DNA of 63,978 nucleotides, the filler included, from an uncultured bacterium (GTDB lineage: Bacteria > CAYSBA01), in NCBI GenBank assembly GCA_964429075.1. It is 15 parts of 15 records of this genome, joined end to end, with 100 filler letters (N's around TTAATTAATTAA, not from the genome) between each part and the next. Parts side by side here need not be neighbours in the genome. Positions count along the whole stretch, not along the records: positions 8,973 to 13,270 come from CAYSBA010000155.1; positions 13,371 to 17,661 come from CAYSBA010000156.1; positions 17,762 to 22,020 come from CAYSBA010000157.1; 12 more parts are not named here. One strand, written 5' to 3'. A program made the translations under genes and the position numbers. Position 1 is the stretch's first letter. Each line of letters opens with the position of its first letter. Below the pieces are notes generated by a model that did not search any database, was not told where the DNA came from, and worked only from the letters and a program-made list of their open reading frames with translations. Positions 9,020 through 19,413 of the stretch are shown here, piece by piece.

Positions 9020-11449
9020 TCAGAGTGGTTCAATGAGTACCTTTCTGCCCTTCTGACCCTCTGGAGGACCAACTATGCCATCCTCTTCCATCTTTTCTAT
9101 AATCTTTGCTGCCTTATTGTAACCAATACTAAACTTTCTCTGTAGCTTGGATACAGATATCATCTCAAGTCTGGATACAAACTGAACAGCCTGATCATAC
9201 AGATCATCTCCACCGCTATTACCACTCAGTGAAAAACCTGTATCTTCTTTGAGTATATCTGATCTGTATTCTGGCTTACCGAGTTTTTTCAATTCCCTTA
9301 CAACATTTTCTATCTCAACATCGGTTACATATGCTCCATGCACCCTTTTTAATTTTTCGCCAGGGAACAGAGCAAGCATATCACCCTTACCCAGGAGTCT
9401 TTCAGCACCATTTGTATCCAATATAGTCTTTGAATCTGCCCTTGTAGCTACTTTAAATGAGATCCTTGCCGGAAAATTTGCCTTGATCAGGCCTGTTACA
9501 ACATCTACAGAGGGTCTCTGTGTTGCAACAACCATATGTATACCAGCTGCCCTTGCAAGTTGTGCCAATCTAATTATCGCAGCCTCAATCTCCTTACCTG
9601 CCACCATCATCAGATCGGCAAGCTCATCTATAAATACAACAACATATGGTAGATGCTCAATATCATCTCCGTCGTTACAACCGGCTTCTTCCTTTATTCT
9701 CTCAATCATCTCTTCAAGTTTTCCGGATTTTTTAAATTTTTCCATCTTTTTGTTATAGTCGTCTATCTTTTTTGCACCGACCACCTTCATAGATTCATAA
9801 CGTCTTTCCATCTCCTTTAGAAGCCAGCGTAGTGTCTGTACTGCCTCTTTAGGTTCAGTAATAACAGGCAACAAAAGATGGGGTATACCTTCATAGAAAC
9901 TGAATTCAAGCTTCTTTGGATCTATCATAATAACCTTTACCTCATGGGGACTTGAATGCATTAATATAGAGGTGATCATAGTATTCATCCCAACACTCTT
10001 TCCAGAACCTGTAGAACCTGCTACAAGCAGATGTGGCATATCAGCAAGATTGCGAGCAACAGGTTTACCTTCAGCATCCTTTCCTATAGCAATTGTTAGA
10101 GGAGATTTAATCTTTTTAAAGACATCAGACTGAATAATGTCTTTAAGATAGACGTTTTGCCGTACCTCGTTTGGTATTTCAACCCCTACAACATCCTTGC
10201 CAGGGATAGGTGTTATTGTCCTTACACTTTCTGCCTTTAGATGCATTGCAAGTTCACTCTCAAGCTCCCTTATCTTACTCAGTCTCACTCCATCTTTGGG
10301 TTTGAATTCAAAGGTGGTAATAACTGGACCGGGACAGATTCTGACTACCTCTCCGTCAACACCATAGATCTTGAAGGTTTCTTTTAATAACCTTGCCTTG
10401 TTCCAAAGTTCTTCCTCTGTAAATAGACTCCCTGCTTCGGGATTGTCTTTCAAAATCGTAGAAGGAATGGGCGAAAAATCAGACACAGACTTTTTAGCTC
10501 TTGATCCCACTGAATCACTATTTTTTCTGGGTTCCTTTATTACTTTTGTATCATCTATTTTTGCACTATCAATGTGTCTTTTTGTATCAGTAATGGGTAT
10601 TGTCTTAGTCTTAGTGGAAGTAAAATTATCTTCTTCGTCATGAGGGACAGGTGGCATCAATGATAGGTCTTCTTGTACAAGTTCTTCAGGGAAAAGGTAT
10701 GCACCCTCTTTTATAAGGTTCTTTTTTCGTTCAGGAAATGCCTTTTTTGTTAATAGTATGATATCTTTTCCACTTTTTATAAAGGCCTTTGTAATAGGTG
10801 GCAACTTTGTAAAAAACCCTATACATCCCAGAAGGCCAATCCTTGCATAATAATAGGTTATTATGCAAGCCTTTTTGATCCCCCTGGTGGTGTAATCGAA
10901 AAATGTAACAAGATTTATTGAGAAAAACAGAGACAGCATCCAAATTAAAAAGAGGGTATATACCCATATAGTGGCTGTCCTGTACAGCTGACTTGCAATA
11001 AGGGAGTAGAAGAGGGCACCAAGCTCTCCACCAGGCAAAAATACAACACCTTTTAGTGTGGTTGAGGATGCATGAAGGAGTGAGGCTATGCTGATTACAG
11101 CAAATATAGAAACACAAGATTTAAAGAGTGAATCCTTATAGTCACCTTTGACAAGACCTTTATAGAGTATGACAAGGATAAAAAATAGTGCAGGGTAGGA
11201 GGCAAGACCAAGATTGGAAAAAAAGACATAGGATATGTAAGCCCCTATTGGTCCTACGAGATTATGGACACGGCCTTCAAGTTTCATTACTGCCATGTCA
11301 TTGGTATTAAATGAAAAAAGGCTCAGTGTTACCACAAAAACAAAACAGGCAAAGAAGAAGAACAGGGCATCTTTAAGGATACCTGTGATAAGTCTTGTTT
11401 GATTTGAATAAAATCCCTGCTGTTGATCTGTCATTGTTATACGTCTCAT
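9020..11449 (-). CDS. ftsK: DNA translocase FtsK
   Basis: 4TM N-domain, PHLLVAGSTGSGKS, MIDPK, IDELADLMM, ATQRPS, GAERLLGKGDML, gamma domain LQRKFSIGYNKAA. Confidence 0.95.
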   Translation of the reverse strand: MRRITMTDQQQGFYSNQTRLITGILKDALFFFFACFVFVVTLSLFSFNTNDMAVMKLEGRVHNLVGPIGAYISYVFFSNLGLASYPALFFILVILYKGLVKGDYKDSLFKSCVSIFAVISIASLLHASSTTLKGVVFLPGGELGALFYSLIASQLYRTATIWVYTLFLIWMLSLFFSINLVTFFDYTTRGIKKACIITYYYARIGLLGCIGFFTKLPPITKAFIKSGKDIILLTKKAFPERKKNLIKEGAYLFPEELVQEDLSLMPPVPHDEEDNFTSTKTKTIPITDTKRHIDSAKIDDTKVIKEPRKNSDSVGSRAKKSVSDFSPIPSTILKDNPEAGSLFTEEELWNKARLLKETFKIYGVDGEVVRICPGPVITTFEFKPKDGVRLSKIRELESELAMHLKAESVRTITPIPGKDVVGVEIPNEVRQNVYLKDIIQSDVFKKIKSPLTIAIGKDAEGKPVARNLADMPHLLVAGSTGSGKSVGMNTMITSILMHSSPHEVKVIMIDPKKLEFSFYEGIPHLLLPVITEPKEAVQTLRWLLKEMERRYESMKVVGAKKIDDYNKKMEKFKKSGKLEEMIERIKEEAGCNDGDDIEHLPYVVVFIDELADLMMVAGKEIEAAIIRLAQLARAAGIHMVVATQRPSVDVVTGLIKANFPARISFKVATRADSKTILDTNGAERLLGKGDMLALFPGEKLKRVHGAYVTDVEIENVVRELKKLGKPEYRSDILKEDTGFSLSGNSGGDDLYDQAVQFVSRLEMISVSKLQRKFSIGYNKAAKIIEKMEEDGIVGPPEGQKGRKVLIEPL

Positions 11450-11456
11450 GTGGTAG

Positions 11457-11484
11457 ATTATACTACATTATTACCGGGATGCAA
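11457..11484 (-). promoter_or_regulatory. Putative sigma70 promoter of ftsK (leaderless geometry)
   Basis: TTGCAT-16 nt-TATAAT, then 7 nt to ATG at 11449. Confidence 0.45.
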
Positions 11485-11489
11485 ATTTT

Positions 11490-11518
11490 TTGACATCCTT
11501 TCATTTGACAAATAAATT
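11490..11518 (+). promoter_or_regulatory. Putative sigma70 promoter, divergent from ftsK
   Basis: TTGACA-17 nt-TAAATT upstream of ORF 11534. Confidence 0.4.
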
Positions 11519-11533
11519 TATGGTTGATAAATC

Positions 11534-11809
11534 ATGACTATGAAAAACATGATCGAAGATAGGGATAGGGCAGAAAGGTTTGCTAAGGCAGTTGTCAGCG
11601 ACATAATTGCCTACAACGAAAAGCTTGTCCTTGAAGGAATGAAAAATGATGATCTCTTTATCAGACTAAAGGCAGAGATTGAAGAAGCAAGAGAGCAGTA
11701 TCTGAAACGTGTATCTGAAGAGATTGACAAAAAATATAACATCTTCAACAGGGCGCTCGTTGATGTCCTTTTGTTTTCTCAGCGTTCCGTAAAATCACCG
11801 GCCTGGTGA
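11534..11809 (+). CDS. Conserved small hypothetical protein (deltaproteobacterial type)
   Basis: RAERFAKAVVSDIIAYN and EEAREQY..RV motifs; overlaps the rluD start (GTGA). Confidence 0.7.
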   Translation: MTMKNMIEDRDRAERFAKAVVSDIIAYNEKLVLEGMKNDDLFIRLKAEIEEAREQYLKRVSEEIDKKYNIFNRALVDVLLFSQRSVKSPAW

Positions 11810-12837
11810 TAGATATAAATCACAACAAATTCAATATCCTGGTAAAAGAGGGCGAGGAGAATTTACGTCTGGACATATTTTTATCCTCAAGGCTCAAAAA
11901 TATCTCAAGAAGCATGATAGAGAGGCTTATAAAAAAGGGACACGTATTAATTGATGGGTACAACAAAAAGCCCTCCTATAAAGTGAAAAAAGGACAGATT
12001 ATAGAGGTATTTCTACCCGAACCAGAACCCTATGATCTTTTAGAACCAGAAGATGTACCATTTGAACTACTGTATCAGGACAGTGATATTGCAGTTGTTT
12101 CAAAACCGTCTGGTGTGGTTGTACATCCGGGAGCAGGCAGAAAAAAGGGTACTCTTGTCTCTGGGCTCTTATACAGGATACAGGACCTTTCAGGTGTGGG
12201 TGGCCTATTAAGGCCTGGTATTGTGCATCGTCTCGATATGGAGACATCAGGAGTCATGGTGATTGCAAAGAATGATCATGCTCACAAAATACTTCAATTA
12301 CAATTTATAGAGAGGCAGGTTTTTAAGCTCTACATTGCACTTGTAACTGGCTCTCCTGTAAAAAAGGAGGCCACCATCGATACCTTCTTTGGCCGACATC
12401 CAAGGGACAGAAAGCGTTACTCTGTAGTTACATTCTCCAAAAGACGGGCTATCACATACTACAGGGTAATCTCTGAAACTAAAGGGTCAAGTCTTTTATT
12501 TGTAAAACCAAAGACAGGAAGGACTCACCAGATAAGGGTGCATATGAAATATATATCCTGTCCAATTGTTGGAGACAGGATTTATGGGTCAAGACGAGGT
12601 GAATTATCACATGGTATTACTACACCTGCGCCCCGTCTGATGCTACATGCCACAGTGATATCTTTTAAACATCCAACAGAGGGTAAGAAGATGATATTTT
12701 CATCCTGGCCACAAAATGATATGTTAGACTATTTTTCTGAGTCTGGTATAGATATTGAATCTATAGAAAAGCAACTTAAAAGAGAGCTTGATGAAATTGG
12801 AGGAGAAAAATTCTCTGGTAGTGGTATCGATAAATGA
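11806..12837 (+). CDS. rluD: RluA/RluD-family pseudouridine synthase
   Basis: S4 domain (RLDIFL), KPSGVVVHP, catalytic HRLD, TGRTHQIRVH, LMLHA. Confidence 0.9.
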   Translation: MIDINHNKFNILVKEGEENLRLDIFLSSRLKNISRSMIERLIKKGHVLIDGYNKKPSYKVKKGQIIEVFLPEPEPYDLLEPEDVPFELLYQDSDIAVVSKPSGVVVHPGAGRKKGTLVSGLLYRIQDLSGVGGLLRPGIVHRLDMETSGVMVIAKNDHAHKILQLQFIERQVFKLYIALVTGSPVKKEATIDTFFGRHPRDRKRYSVVTFSKRRAITYYRVISETKGSSLLFVKPKTGRTHQIRVHMKYISCPIVGDRIYGSRRGELSHGITTPAPRLMLHATVISFKHPTEGKKMIFSSWPQNDMLDYFSESGIDIESIEKQLKRELDEIGGEKFSGSGIDK

Positions 12838-13270
12838 AGACCCTGCTGAGGTAGAATCCAGACTTCAGCTTAAAGGATTGACACTCCTTGCAAGACCAAT
12901 CGGGGAAATACCTCACTCTTTCAAGGAGTGGTATAATCAGGAGCCATTCTTCAGTTCCCCCTTCTTCGGCCCTATCCATAAAAGTACGGTAAAACTGGTA
13001 TTAAAAAAGAGGAATTCAGAATTTGAAACACCATCAACCCCGTCCTCTGCATCGGGTATAGATATTATTCGCCTGCTATTGATGAAACCCAGAAGGGGTT
13101 ATACAATAAAAAAATGCTGGATACGCTACTTTAAAGCCACACAAATAAAGGCATTTACATTACCCCTTAACGATACAACTTCATTAATCAACAATATTTA
13201 TGATTTTCTTGATACCTTTCAGAATGTATACAGTCTTTTGATACTCACCTCACATTTCTTCCCAGAATGT
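12788..13270 (+). CDS. Hypothetical protein, 3' truncated
   Basis: Long ORF overlapping the rluD end and open to the contig end; no recognisable motif. Confidence 0.35.
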
Positions 13271-13440
13271 NNNNNNNNNNNNNNNNNNNNNNNNNNNNNN
13301 NNNNNNNNNNNNNNTTAATTAATTAANNNNNNNNNNNNNNNNNNNNNNNNNNNNNNNNNNNNNNNNNNNNTATAGCAGGTTTGAGCCCATTGACAAAGGC
13401 AATAAATTCAGGATGAAGTCTCAGAGTCTGAGACATACGA

Positions 13441-14136
13441 TTAAAAGAGGAAATTATCGAGTATTTTATTTAGATTTCTTTCAAGCTCACTCAGATAAAT
13501 GTAACCATCCCTTATAGTCTTTTCATTCTGGATGAAAGGACCTCTTTGGGTATGATCATCAAGATACTTTAGCAGGTTTTCGATACTGTTTATTGTATAT
13601 TCAAGATGAAATTGAAGGGCAAGCACATGATCTTTATACAAAAAAGCCTGATTTTTACATGCATCAGAGGTTGCAAGAAGGAGTGCATCATCTGGCAGAT
13701 CAAAGGTATCACCATGCCATTGAAAGACCTTTAATGGATTTTTTATCCCGCTGAAAACTGTTGATGCTCCATCTTCTGTTATAGTTACCTCATGCCATCC
13801 TATCTCTTTATGTTTGTTGGGATATACACTATATCCAAGTGATCTCGCAATGAGCTGAGCTCCAAGACAGATACCAAGGACCTTTTTACCATTTGTTATT
13901 GCATCCTCGATGAGTTGTAGTTCCTCATTTATCCATGGATACTCGTTGGCCTGATAAACACCCATGGGCCCACCAAAGAGGACAATTATATCTGATTTAT
14001 CCCATAGTGAACTTTTTGAGTCCTGTGATATGAGTATGGTTGTTGTTTGGATACCCCTTTTTCTGAAGTATCTTTCTACATTTGCGGGTGTTTCAAAAGG
14101 GATATGTGTAACGAATAAAGCCCTATGTTCTATCAT
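13441..14136 (-). CDS. Type 1 glutamine amidotransferase (GuaA-like)
   Basis: GGPM, LGICLGAQ nucleophile Cys, FQWHGD, LQFHLE catalytic His/Glu. Confidence 0.9.
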   Translation of the reverse strand: MIEHRALFVTHIPFETPANVERYFRKRGIQTTTILISQDSKSSLWDKSDIIVLFGGPMGVYQANEYPWINEELQLIEDAITNGKKVLGICLGAQLIARSLGYSVYPNKHKEIGWHEVTITEDGASTVFSGIKNPLKVFQWHGDTFDLPDDALLLATSDACKNQAFLYKDHVLALQFHLEYTINSIENLLKYLDDHTQRGPFIQNEKTIRDGYIYLSELERNLNKILDNFLF

Positions 14137-16561
14137 TTTTTTGTCTTTGTACCTTTTTTTGCTCTTTTTGATCTTTTTTTCTTAATATTTCATTGTATTC
14201 TTTGAGCTTTTCAAATACAAAGTAGTTGAGTGTACCTTTTGGAAAACTTCCGTCTTTATTTTGTTCACCAGCCTTTAATCCAAATAGAATTTCAATGCCC
14301 TCATTGATGTGTGATATTGCATAGATATGAAACTTACCGGCACGAACAGCATTTCTGACGTCTCTATCAAGCATAAGATTTCTTATATTATGCCTCGGGA
14401 TTATTACTCCCTGCTCACCTGTAAGACCCTTTTCTTTGCATACTCTGAAGAATCCCTCAATCTTTTCATTTATTCCACCTACAGGTTGAATCTCACCAAA
14501 CTGGTTGATAGATCCTGTTACGGCAAAGGATTGATTTATAGGTTTTTCCGATATTGTTGACAAAAGTACAAACAGCTCTGCAGCCGATGCACTGTCTCCG
14601 TCAATCATAGAGTAGGTCTGTTCAAAACATAAAGTGGCTGATATAGAGAGCGGGATAAATCTACCATAGGTCCATCCCAAAAAGCCTCCAAGAATCAAAA
14701 CACCTTTGTCGTGAATGGTGCCAGATAGTTTGGCCTCTCTCTCTATGTTGATAACACCCTTTTGCCCGAGAAAGACCCTTGCTGTGATCTTCTGGGGCCT
14801 TCCAAAGATGTGGTCTCCGAGACTGATTACAGAAAGCCCATTGATCTGGCCTACTTTGTTACCAGTTGTATCTATCATAAGGGTATCCTGGATTATCATC
14901 TCCCTGATCTTTTCTTCTATTGCATCAGAACGATGTTTGCGCTCAAGGATTGCCTTTTCTACATATTTTCTTGTTACAAGTCTGCTGTGGTCTCTCCCGG
15001 CCCAGTATGAGGCCTCAAGCAAAAGGTCTTTAATTAATCCAAGTCGTGCTGTAAGTTTATCCTTATCATCAACGATCCTTGATGCATACTCTATGACCGC
15101 TGCCACACCAGAAGGTGAGAGGTGTCTGAATCCATTCCTCCTGCATTCCTCTGCTATGAATGCAATAAGACCGTCAATGGTCTTTCTTTTGCGATCCATT
15201 TCGTAGTTAAAATCAGCACGGACCTTAAACATCTTTTTGAAGTCCTGATCTAAATTATAGAGCAGGTGATAGAGATAGGAACTACCTATGATTATTATTT
15301 TTAGATTTACGGGGATTGGCATGGGCCTTAATGTACTTATTGAAGGAAGTCCGTACAGCTCTGTAACCTCTTCTATCCTGATTTCTTTATTTTCGATGAC
15401 CCTCTTAATGCCATCCCATACACCGAAATTTCTTAAAAGATCGAGTGCATTGAGTACAATAAAACCACCATTTGCTTTGCAGAGTGAGCCAGCCTTTATC
15501 ATTGTGAAATCGGTCTGATACATGCCAAAATTAAAGCTTTTATCGATTTTTCCAAAGAGGTTGTAAAATGTTGGGTTGGGTTCATAAACAATTGGAGCGC
15601 CTTTTAATCCTGAGTTATCAACAACAAGATTGACCCTGTACTCCCTAAAGTCACCATCTTTTATCATCTCGAAAAATGGAAGCTGGGGTTTCTGTTTTGG
15701 CATAAAGCGGCCAAGATTTGAAAGAATATGTTCTTTTACCTCTTTAAGATACTCCAACACCTCTTTGTGTTCCTTAAATTTTTTCTCAAGGCTATCGAAA
15801 CGATTCCCTACTACAAATTCTCCAAGCTCTTTTTGTAGTTTCTTGACCTCTTCATTGATCTTCTCATCCAGTTGTCTTTCTTTACGTAAAAAGCTCCTTA
15901 TATGTTTGCTGAATTTCTCCTGTCTCTTTTCAAAATCCATCTTTTGTTCTTCAGTAAGACTCCTGAATTCCTGTTCGGTGTAGGGACTACCATCCTCTTT
16001 TGCTGGAATTGCTGCTATTTTGAATTTGTCCCATCTAACAATGAGATGAAAGTCTTTTGCCTTCTCGTTCAACTGCTCAAAGAGAACCTGTTTTTTCTGA
16101 TTATATTTGTGAAGGATTGATGCAATACGATTTTCATAGTCTGTACTTTCGAATGCCTGCTGGATTTCTATTTTCAGTTGTTCAATATTTTCTTCCATTG
16201 CCTTTGAGAATTCCTTACCTTTCCCTGCAGGTAGCATGATCACTTTGGGATGTTCAGGGTGCTCAAAGTTATGAATAAAACAGATATCTGAAGGGGTGGG
16301 CATCCTTCTGGCGACCTTTTTAAGGTATCTCATAATATAGCTGGTTCTTCCTGTGCCATCAGGACCTGATATATAAATGTTATAACCGTTGTCTTTTACA
16401 TTTACGCCAAGTTCTATGGCAGTAATTGCCCGTTCCTGACCAATAAGTTTTACCTTTTTATGTATCTGAGCGGTACTTTTAAAATTGAGACCAACAGTGC
16501 TGAAGGAGTGATAGAGATCTTTAAATGCCACCCTGTATTTTTCAATGGATAGTTTATTCAC
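14123..16561 (-). CDS. LonC/YcbZ-type Lon-like protease (AAA_32 + Lon protease domain)
   Basis: IGQERA, degenerate Walker A GPDGTGRTS, ANGG, GQINGL, catalytic DGDSAS and NEKIEGF. Confidence 0.88.
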   Translation of the reverse strand: MNKLSIEKYRVAFKDLYHSFSTVGLNFKSTAQIHKKVKLIGQERAITAIELGVNVKDNGYNIYISGPDGTGRTSYIMRYLKKVARRMPTPSDICFIHNFEHPEHPKVIMLPAGKGKEFSKAMEENIEQLKIEIQQAFESTDYENRIASILHKYNQKKQVLFEQLNEKAKDFHLIVRWDKFKIAAIPAKEDGSPYTEQEFRSLTEEQKMDFEKRQEKFSKHIRSFLRKERQLDEKINEEVKKLQKELGEFVVGNRFDSLEKKFKEHKEVLEYLKEVKEHILSNLGRFMPKQKPQLPFFEMIKDGDFREYRVNLVVDNSGLKGAPIVYEPNPTFYNLFGKIDKSFNFGMYQTDFTMIKAGSLCKANGGFIVLNALDLLRNFGVWDGIKRVIENKEIRIEEVTELYGLPSISTLRPMPIPVNLKIIIIGSSYLYHLLYNLDQDFKKMFKVRADFNYEMDRKRKTIDGLIAFIAEECRRNGFRHLSPSGVAAVIEYASRIVDDKDKLTARLGLIKDLLLEASYWAGRDHSRLVTRKYVEKAILERKHRSDAIEEKIREMIIQDTLMIDTTGNKVGQINGLSVISLGDHIFGRPQKITARVFLGQKGVINIEREAKLSGTIHDKGVLILGGFLGWTYGRFIPLSISATLCFEQTYSMIDGDSASAAELFVLLSTISEKPINQSFAVTGSINQFGEIQPVGGINEKIEGFFRVCKEKGLTGEQGVIIPRHNIRNLMLDRDVRNAVRAGKFHIYAISHINEGIEILFGLKAGEQNKDGSFPKGTLNYFVFEKLKEYNEILRKKDQKEQKKVQRQKNDRT

Positions 16562-17579
16562 AATAGCCTCCTTTTATTAATAGTTCAGCGATTTGAATAC
16601 TATTGAGTGCGGCACCCTTTCTTAGATTGTCAGAGACAACCCACATACAGATGCCTCTTTCTGTAGCAGTATCCTTCCTTATTCTTCCTACAAATACCTC
16701 ATCCTTCCCTGCACAGTAGACTTGCATTGGATACTCTTTTCTTGCAGGATTGTCTATAACCTTTACCCCATCTGTATCAGAAAGGGTCTCTCTGAATCTT
16801 TCAAGATCAACCTCAGTTTCTGTTTCTACCCAGATTGCCTCTGCATGGCAATAAAAAACCGGTACTCTTACTGCAGTAGCGGATAGAGATAGCCCCGGTT
16901 TGTGAAGGATTTTTCTTGTTTCGTTCAGCATCTTTTTTTCTTCTTTGGTGTAACCATCGTCGAGGAATACGTCAATATGGGGAATACAGTTGAATGCAAT
17001 CTGATGATCAAAAACAGAGGATTTCATCTGTTTGCTTCCATATGCAGATCGTGTTTGTTCGAAGAGTTCCTCCATGGCCCTTGCTCCTTTGCCGCTAACA
17101 GACTGATATGTAGCTACTCTGACAGATTTTAGGCCAAAGAGTTGATCTACCACCATAAGAGGGATAACCATCTGGATTGTAGAACAGTTTGGGTTGGCAA
17201 TTATCTTTCTTTTTTTGGCTGTTTCTATATCCTGCGGATTTACCTCAGGCACAATTAGGGGAACATCTTGATCCATCCTGAACTGCGATGTATTGTCTAT
17301 TACGAAAGCACCCTTTTTTGTTGCCACAGGTACATAAGCTTCACTCACCTTGGCCCCAGCTGTGAAGAATGCAATTTCGATGTCATTAAAATCAAATTCA
17401 GATAGGGCCCTTACCCTGATCGACTCCTCACCAAACATAACAAAGCGTCCTTCTGAGTCTTTACTGGCAAGTGCAACTATCGATTCAACAGGAAAATCTC
17501 TTTCCATGAGGATCTTTAGTAGTTCACCACCAACAGCACCTGTGGCACCAACAACAGCAATTCTATAACCCTTTTTCAT
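16554..17579 (-). CDS. asd: Aspartate-semialdehyde dehydrogenase
   Basis: VVGATGAVG, IANPNCSTIQ, YQSVSG, RVPV, DNLRKGAALN. Confidence 0.96.
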   Translation of the reverse strand: MKKGYRIAVVGATGAVGGELLKILMERDFPVESIVALASKDSEGRFVMFGEESIRVRALSEFDFNDIEIAFFTAGAKVSEAYVPVATKKGAFVIDNTSQFRMDQDVPLIVPEVNPQDIETAKKRKIIANPNCSTIQMVIPLMVVDQLFGLKSVRVATYQSVSGKGARAMEELFEQTRSAYGSKQMKSSVFDHQIAFNCIPHIDVFLDDGYTKEEKKMLNETRKILHKPGLSLSATAVRVPVFYCHAEAIWVETETEVDLERFRETLSDTDGVKVIDNPARKEYPMQVYCAGKDEVFVGRIRKDTATERGICMWVVSDNLRKGAALNSIQIAELLIKGGYCE

Positions 17580-17761
17580 ATATGCTCGTAAATAAGTTTA
17601 TTGAATAAAATAGATGCTAATTTATTCAGATTTGTATCATAATGTCAAGACAGTATATCATNNNNNNNNNNNNNNNNNNNNNNNNNNNNNNNNNNNNNNN
17701 NNNNNTTAATTAATTAANNNNNNNNNNNNNNNNNNNNNNNNNNNNNNNNNNNNNNNNNNNN

Positions 17762-18491
17762 AGTTAAGAAATACATAATCCACACCAGTAGATATCATAA
17801 AAACTTCTGCACCGATCTGGGTTGCAAGTAAAGAGGAGGTTCTGTCCTTGTCTATTACTGCCTCTATACCATACAATGTCTCGTTGTTTTTCATTGAGAC
17901 AGGTATGCCTCCTCCTCCACAGCAGATCACAACATAGCCAAGATTTGCAAGACTTTTTATGGTTTGTGCCTCGAGTATAGACAGTGGCTTTGGTGATGGA
18001 ACCACACGTCTGAATCCTCTCCCTGCATCCTCAACCATCTGCCAATTCTTTGTTTTTATAAGTGTATCAGCCTCTTTCTTTGAGTAAAATGGACCGATGG
18101 GTTTTGTGGGATTTTCGAAAGAGGGGTCTTCTGGGTCTATTAGTACCCTCGTTACAATACAGACTATATTTCTTGAGATATTTAGTTTTTTGAATGCCCT
18201 TTGAAAGGCAAGAAGCAGAGTAAAGCCAATTGATCCCTGTGTTTGAGAAACACAGTAATCGAGGCTTAATGCAGGTACCTGATGTTTAGAATATTCTACT
18301 CTCAACAGGGCATTGCCAACCTGTGGACCATTCCCGTGGGTTATAACAACAGGCAGGTCCTTTTCTTTAATTAGCTCAGAAATGGATAGGGCAGTATTTT
18401 CGGCATTTATCTCCTGCTCAACGGTAGTTCCTACCTCACCTTTCTGTATCAGGGAATTGCCACCAATTGCTATGACAACTGGAGCTACCAA
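17762..18491 (-). CDS. arcC: Carbamate kinase, 3' truncated
   Basis: AIGGNSL, THGNGPQVG, PTKPIGPFY, RRVVPSP, GGGGIPV, EAVIDKD. Confidence 0.95.
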
Positions 18492-19412
18492 TTAATCCCT
18501 CATCAATGTAACAAGTATCGCCTTTTGAGAGTGCAGTCTATTTTCTGCCTGATCAAGCACGATTGATCTGGGTGAGTCTATTACCTCATCAGTTACCTCT
18601 TCGCCACGATGCGCTGGTAGACAATGCATAAAGAAGGCATCTTTTCTGGCAAGCTCCATTAATTTTTTATTTACCTGAAAATCTTTAAATACCTCTTTTC
18701 TTTTTTCTCTTTCACTCTCTTTGCCCATGCTGGCCCAGACATCAGTATATACAGCATTTGCCTCTATTACTGCCTCTTTGGGGTCATGGAAGCTTTCGAT
18801 TTTAGAACCACTTTCTTTTGAAATCTTTTTTGCCATCTCAACTATTTCTCTGTCAGGTTCATATCCCTGTGGAGTGGCATAGGAAATATTTATACCAAGG
18901 GTTGCACAGATCAACAGTAATGAATGAAGCACGTTGTTCCCGTCACCTACATATGCAAGCCTGGCACCCTCTAAATAGCCAACATGTTCTTGAAAGGTCA
19001 TTATGTCTGCAACGGCCTGGCAGGGATGAAGTAGATCACACAGGCCGTTTATAACAGGGACACTGCTATACCTTGCAAGGTCTTCTATGATTGAGTGCTC
19101 AAAGACCCTTGCCATAATTCCATCGACCCATAGCGATAGATTCTGTGCCACATCCTTTACACTCTCTCGCTCTTTTATCTTTATGTCTGTTGGAGAGAGA
19201 TATATTGCCTTGCCTCCAAGTTGATACATCCCGATTTCAAAGGTAACCCTTGTCCTCAACGAGGGTTTTTGAAATATCATTGCAAGGGTCTTACCTTTGA
19301 GGGAATCAGAAAAACGGTGCGGATATCTTTTGATCCTTTTTGCAAGAAGCAGTATATCTTTTAGCTCCTCCTTTGAAAAGTCGGTTACGCTTCTAAAGTG
19401 TCTCAACAACAT
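18492..19412 (-). CDS. argF: Ornithine carbamoyltransferase (probably catabolic by context)
   Basis: SLRTR, HPCQ, GDGNNV, TDVWASMG, HCLP, AENRLH; GGAGGA RBS before ATG 19412. Confidence 0.93.
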   Translation of the reverse strand: MLLRHFRSVTDFSKEELKDILLLAKRIKRYPHRFSDSLKGKTLAMIFQKPSLRTRVTFEIGMYQLGGKAIYLSPTDIKIKERESVKDVAQNLSLWVDGIMARVFEHSIIEDLARYSSVPVINGLCDLLHPCQAVADIMTFQEHVGYLEGARLAYVGDGNNVLHSLLLICATLGINISYATPQGYEPDREIVEMAKKISKESGSKIESFHDPKEAVIEANAVYTDVWASMGKESEREKRKEVFKDFQVNKKLMELARKDAFFMHCLPAHRGEEVTDEVIDSPRSIVLDQAENRLHSQKAILVTLMRD

Positions 19413-19413
19413 T

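Noticed and set aside
9249-11117. Numerous 60-170 aa ORFs nested in ftsK (and similarly in lonC, leuS, miaA and others)
   Set aside because: Antisense or off-frame shadows of well-supported genes, with no motifs or RBS.
18492-19412. SLRT carbamoyl-phosphate motif suggesting an N-acetyl/succinyl-ornithine transcarbamylase
   Set aside because: The SMG loop, HPCQ and HCLPAHRG motifs are those of ordinary OTC; SLRT alone is not diagnostic.
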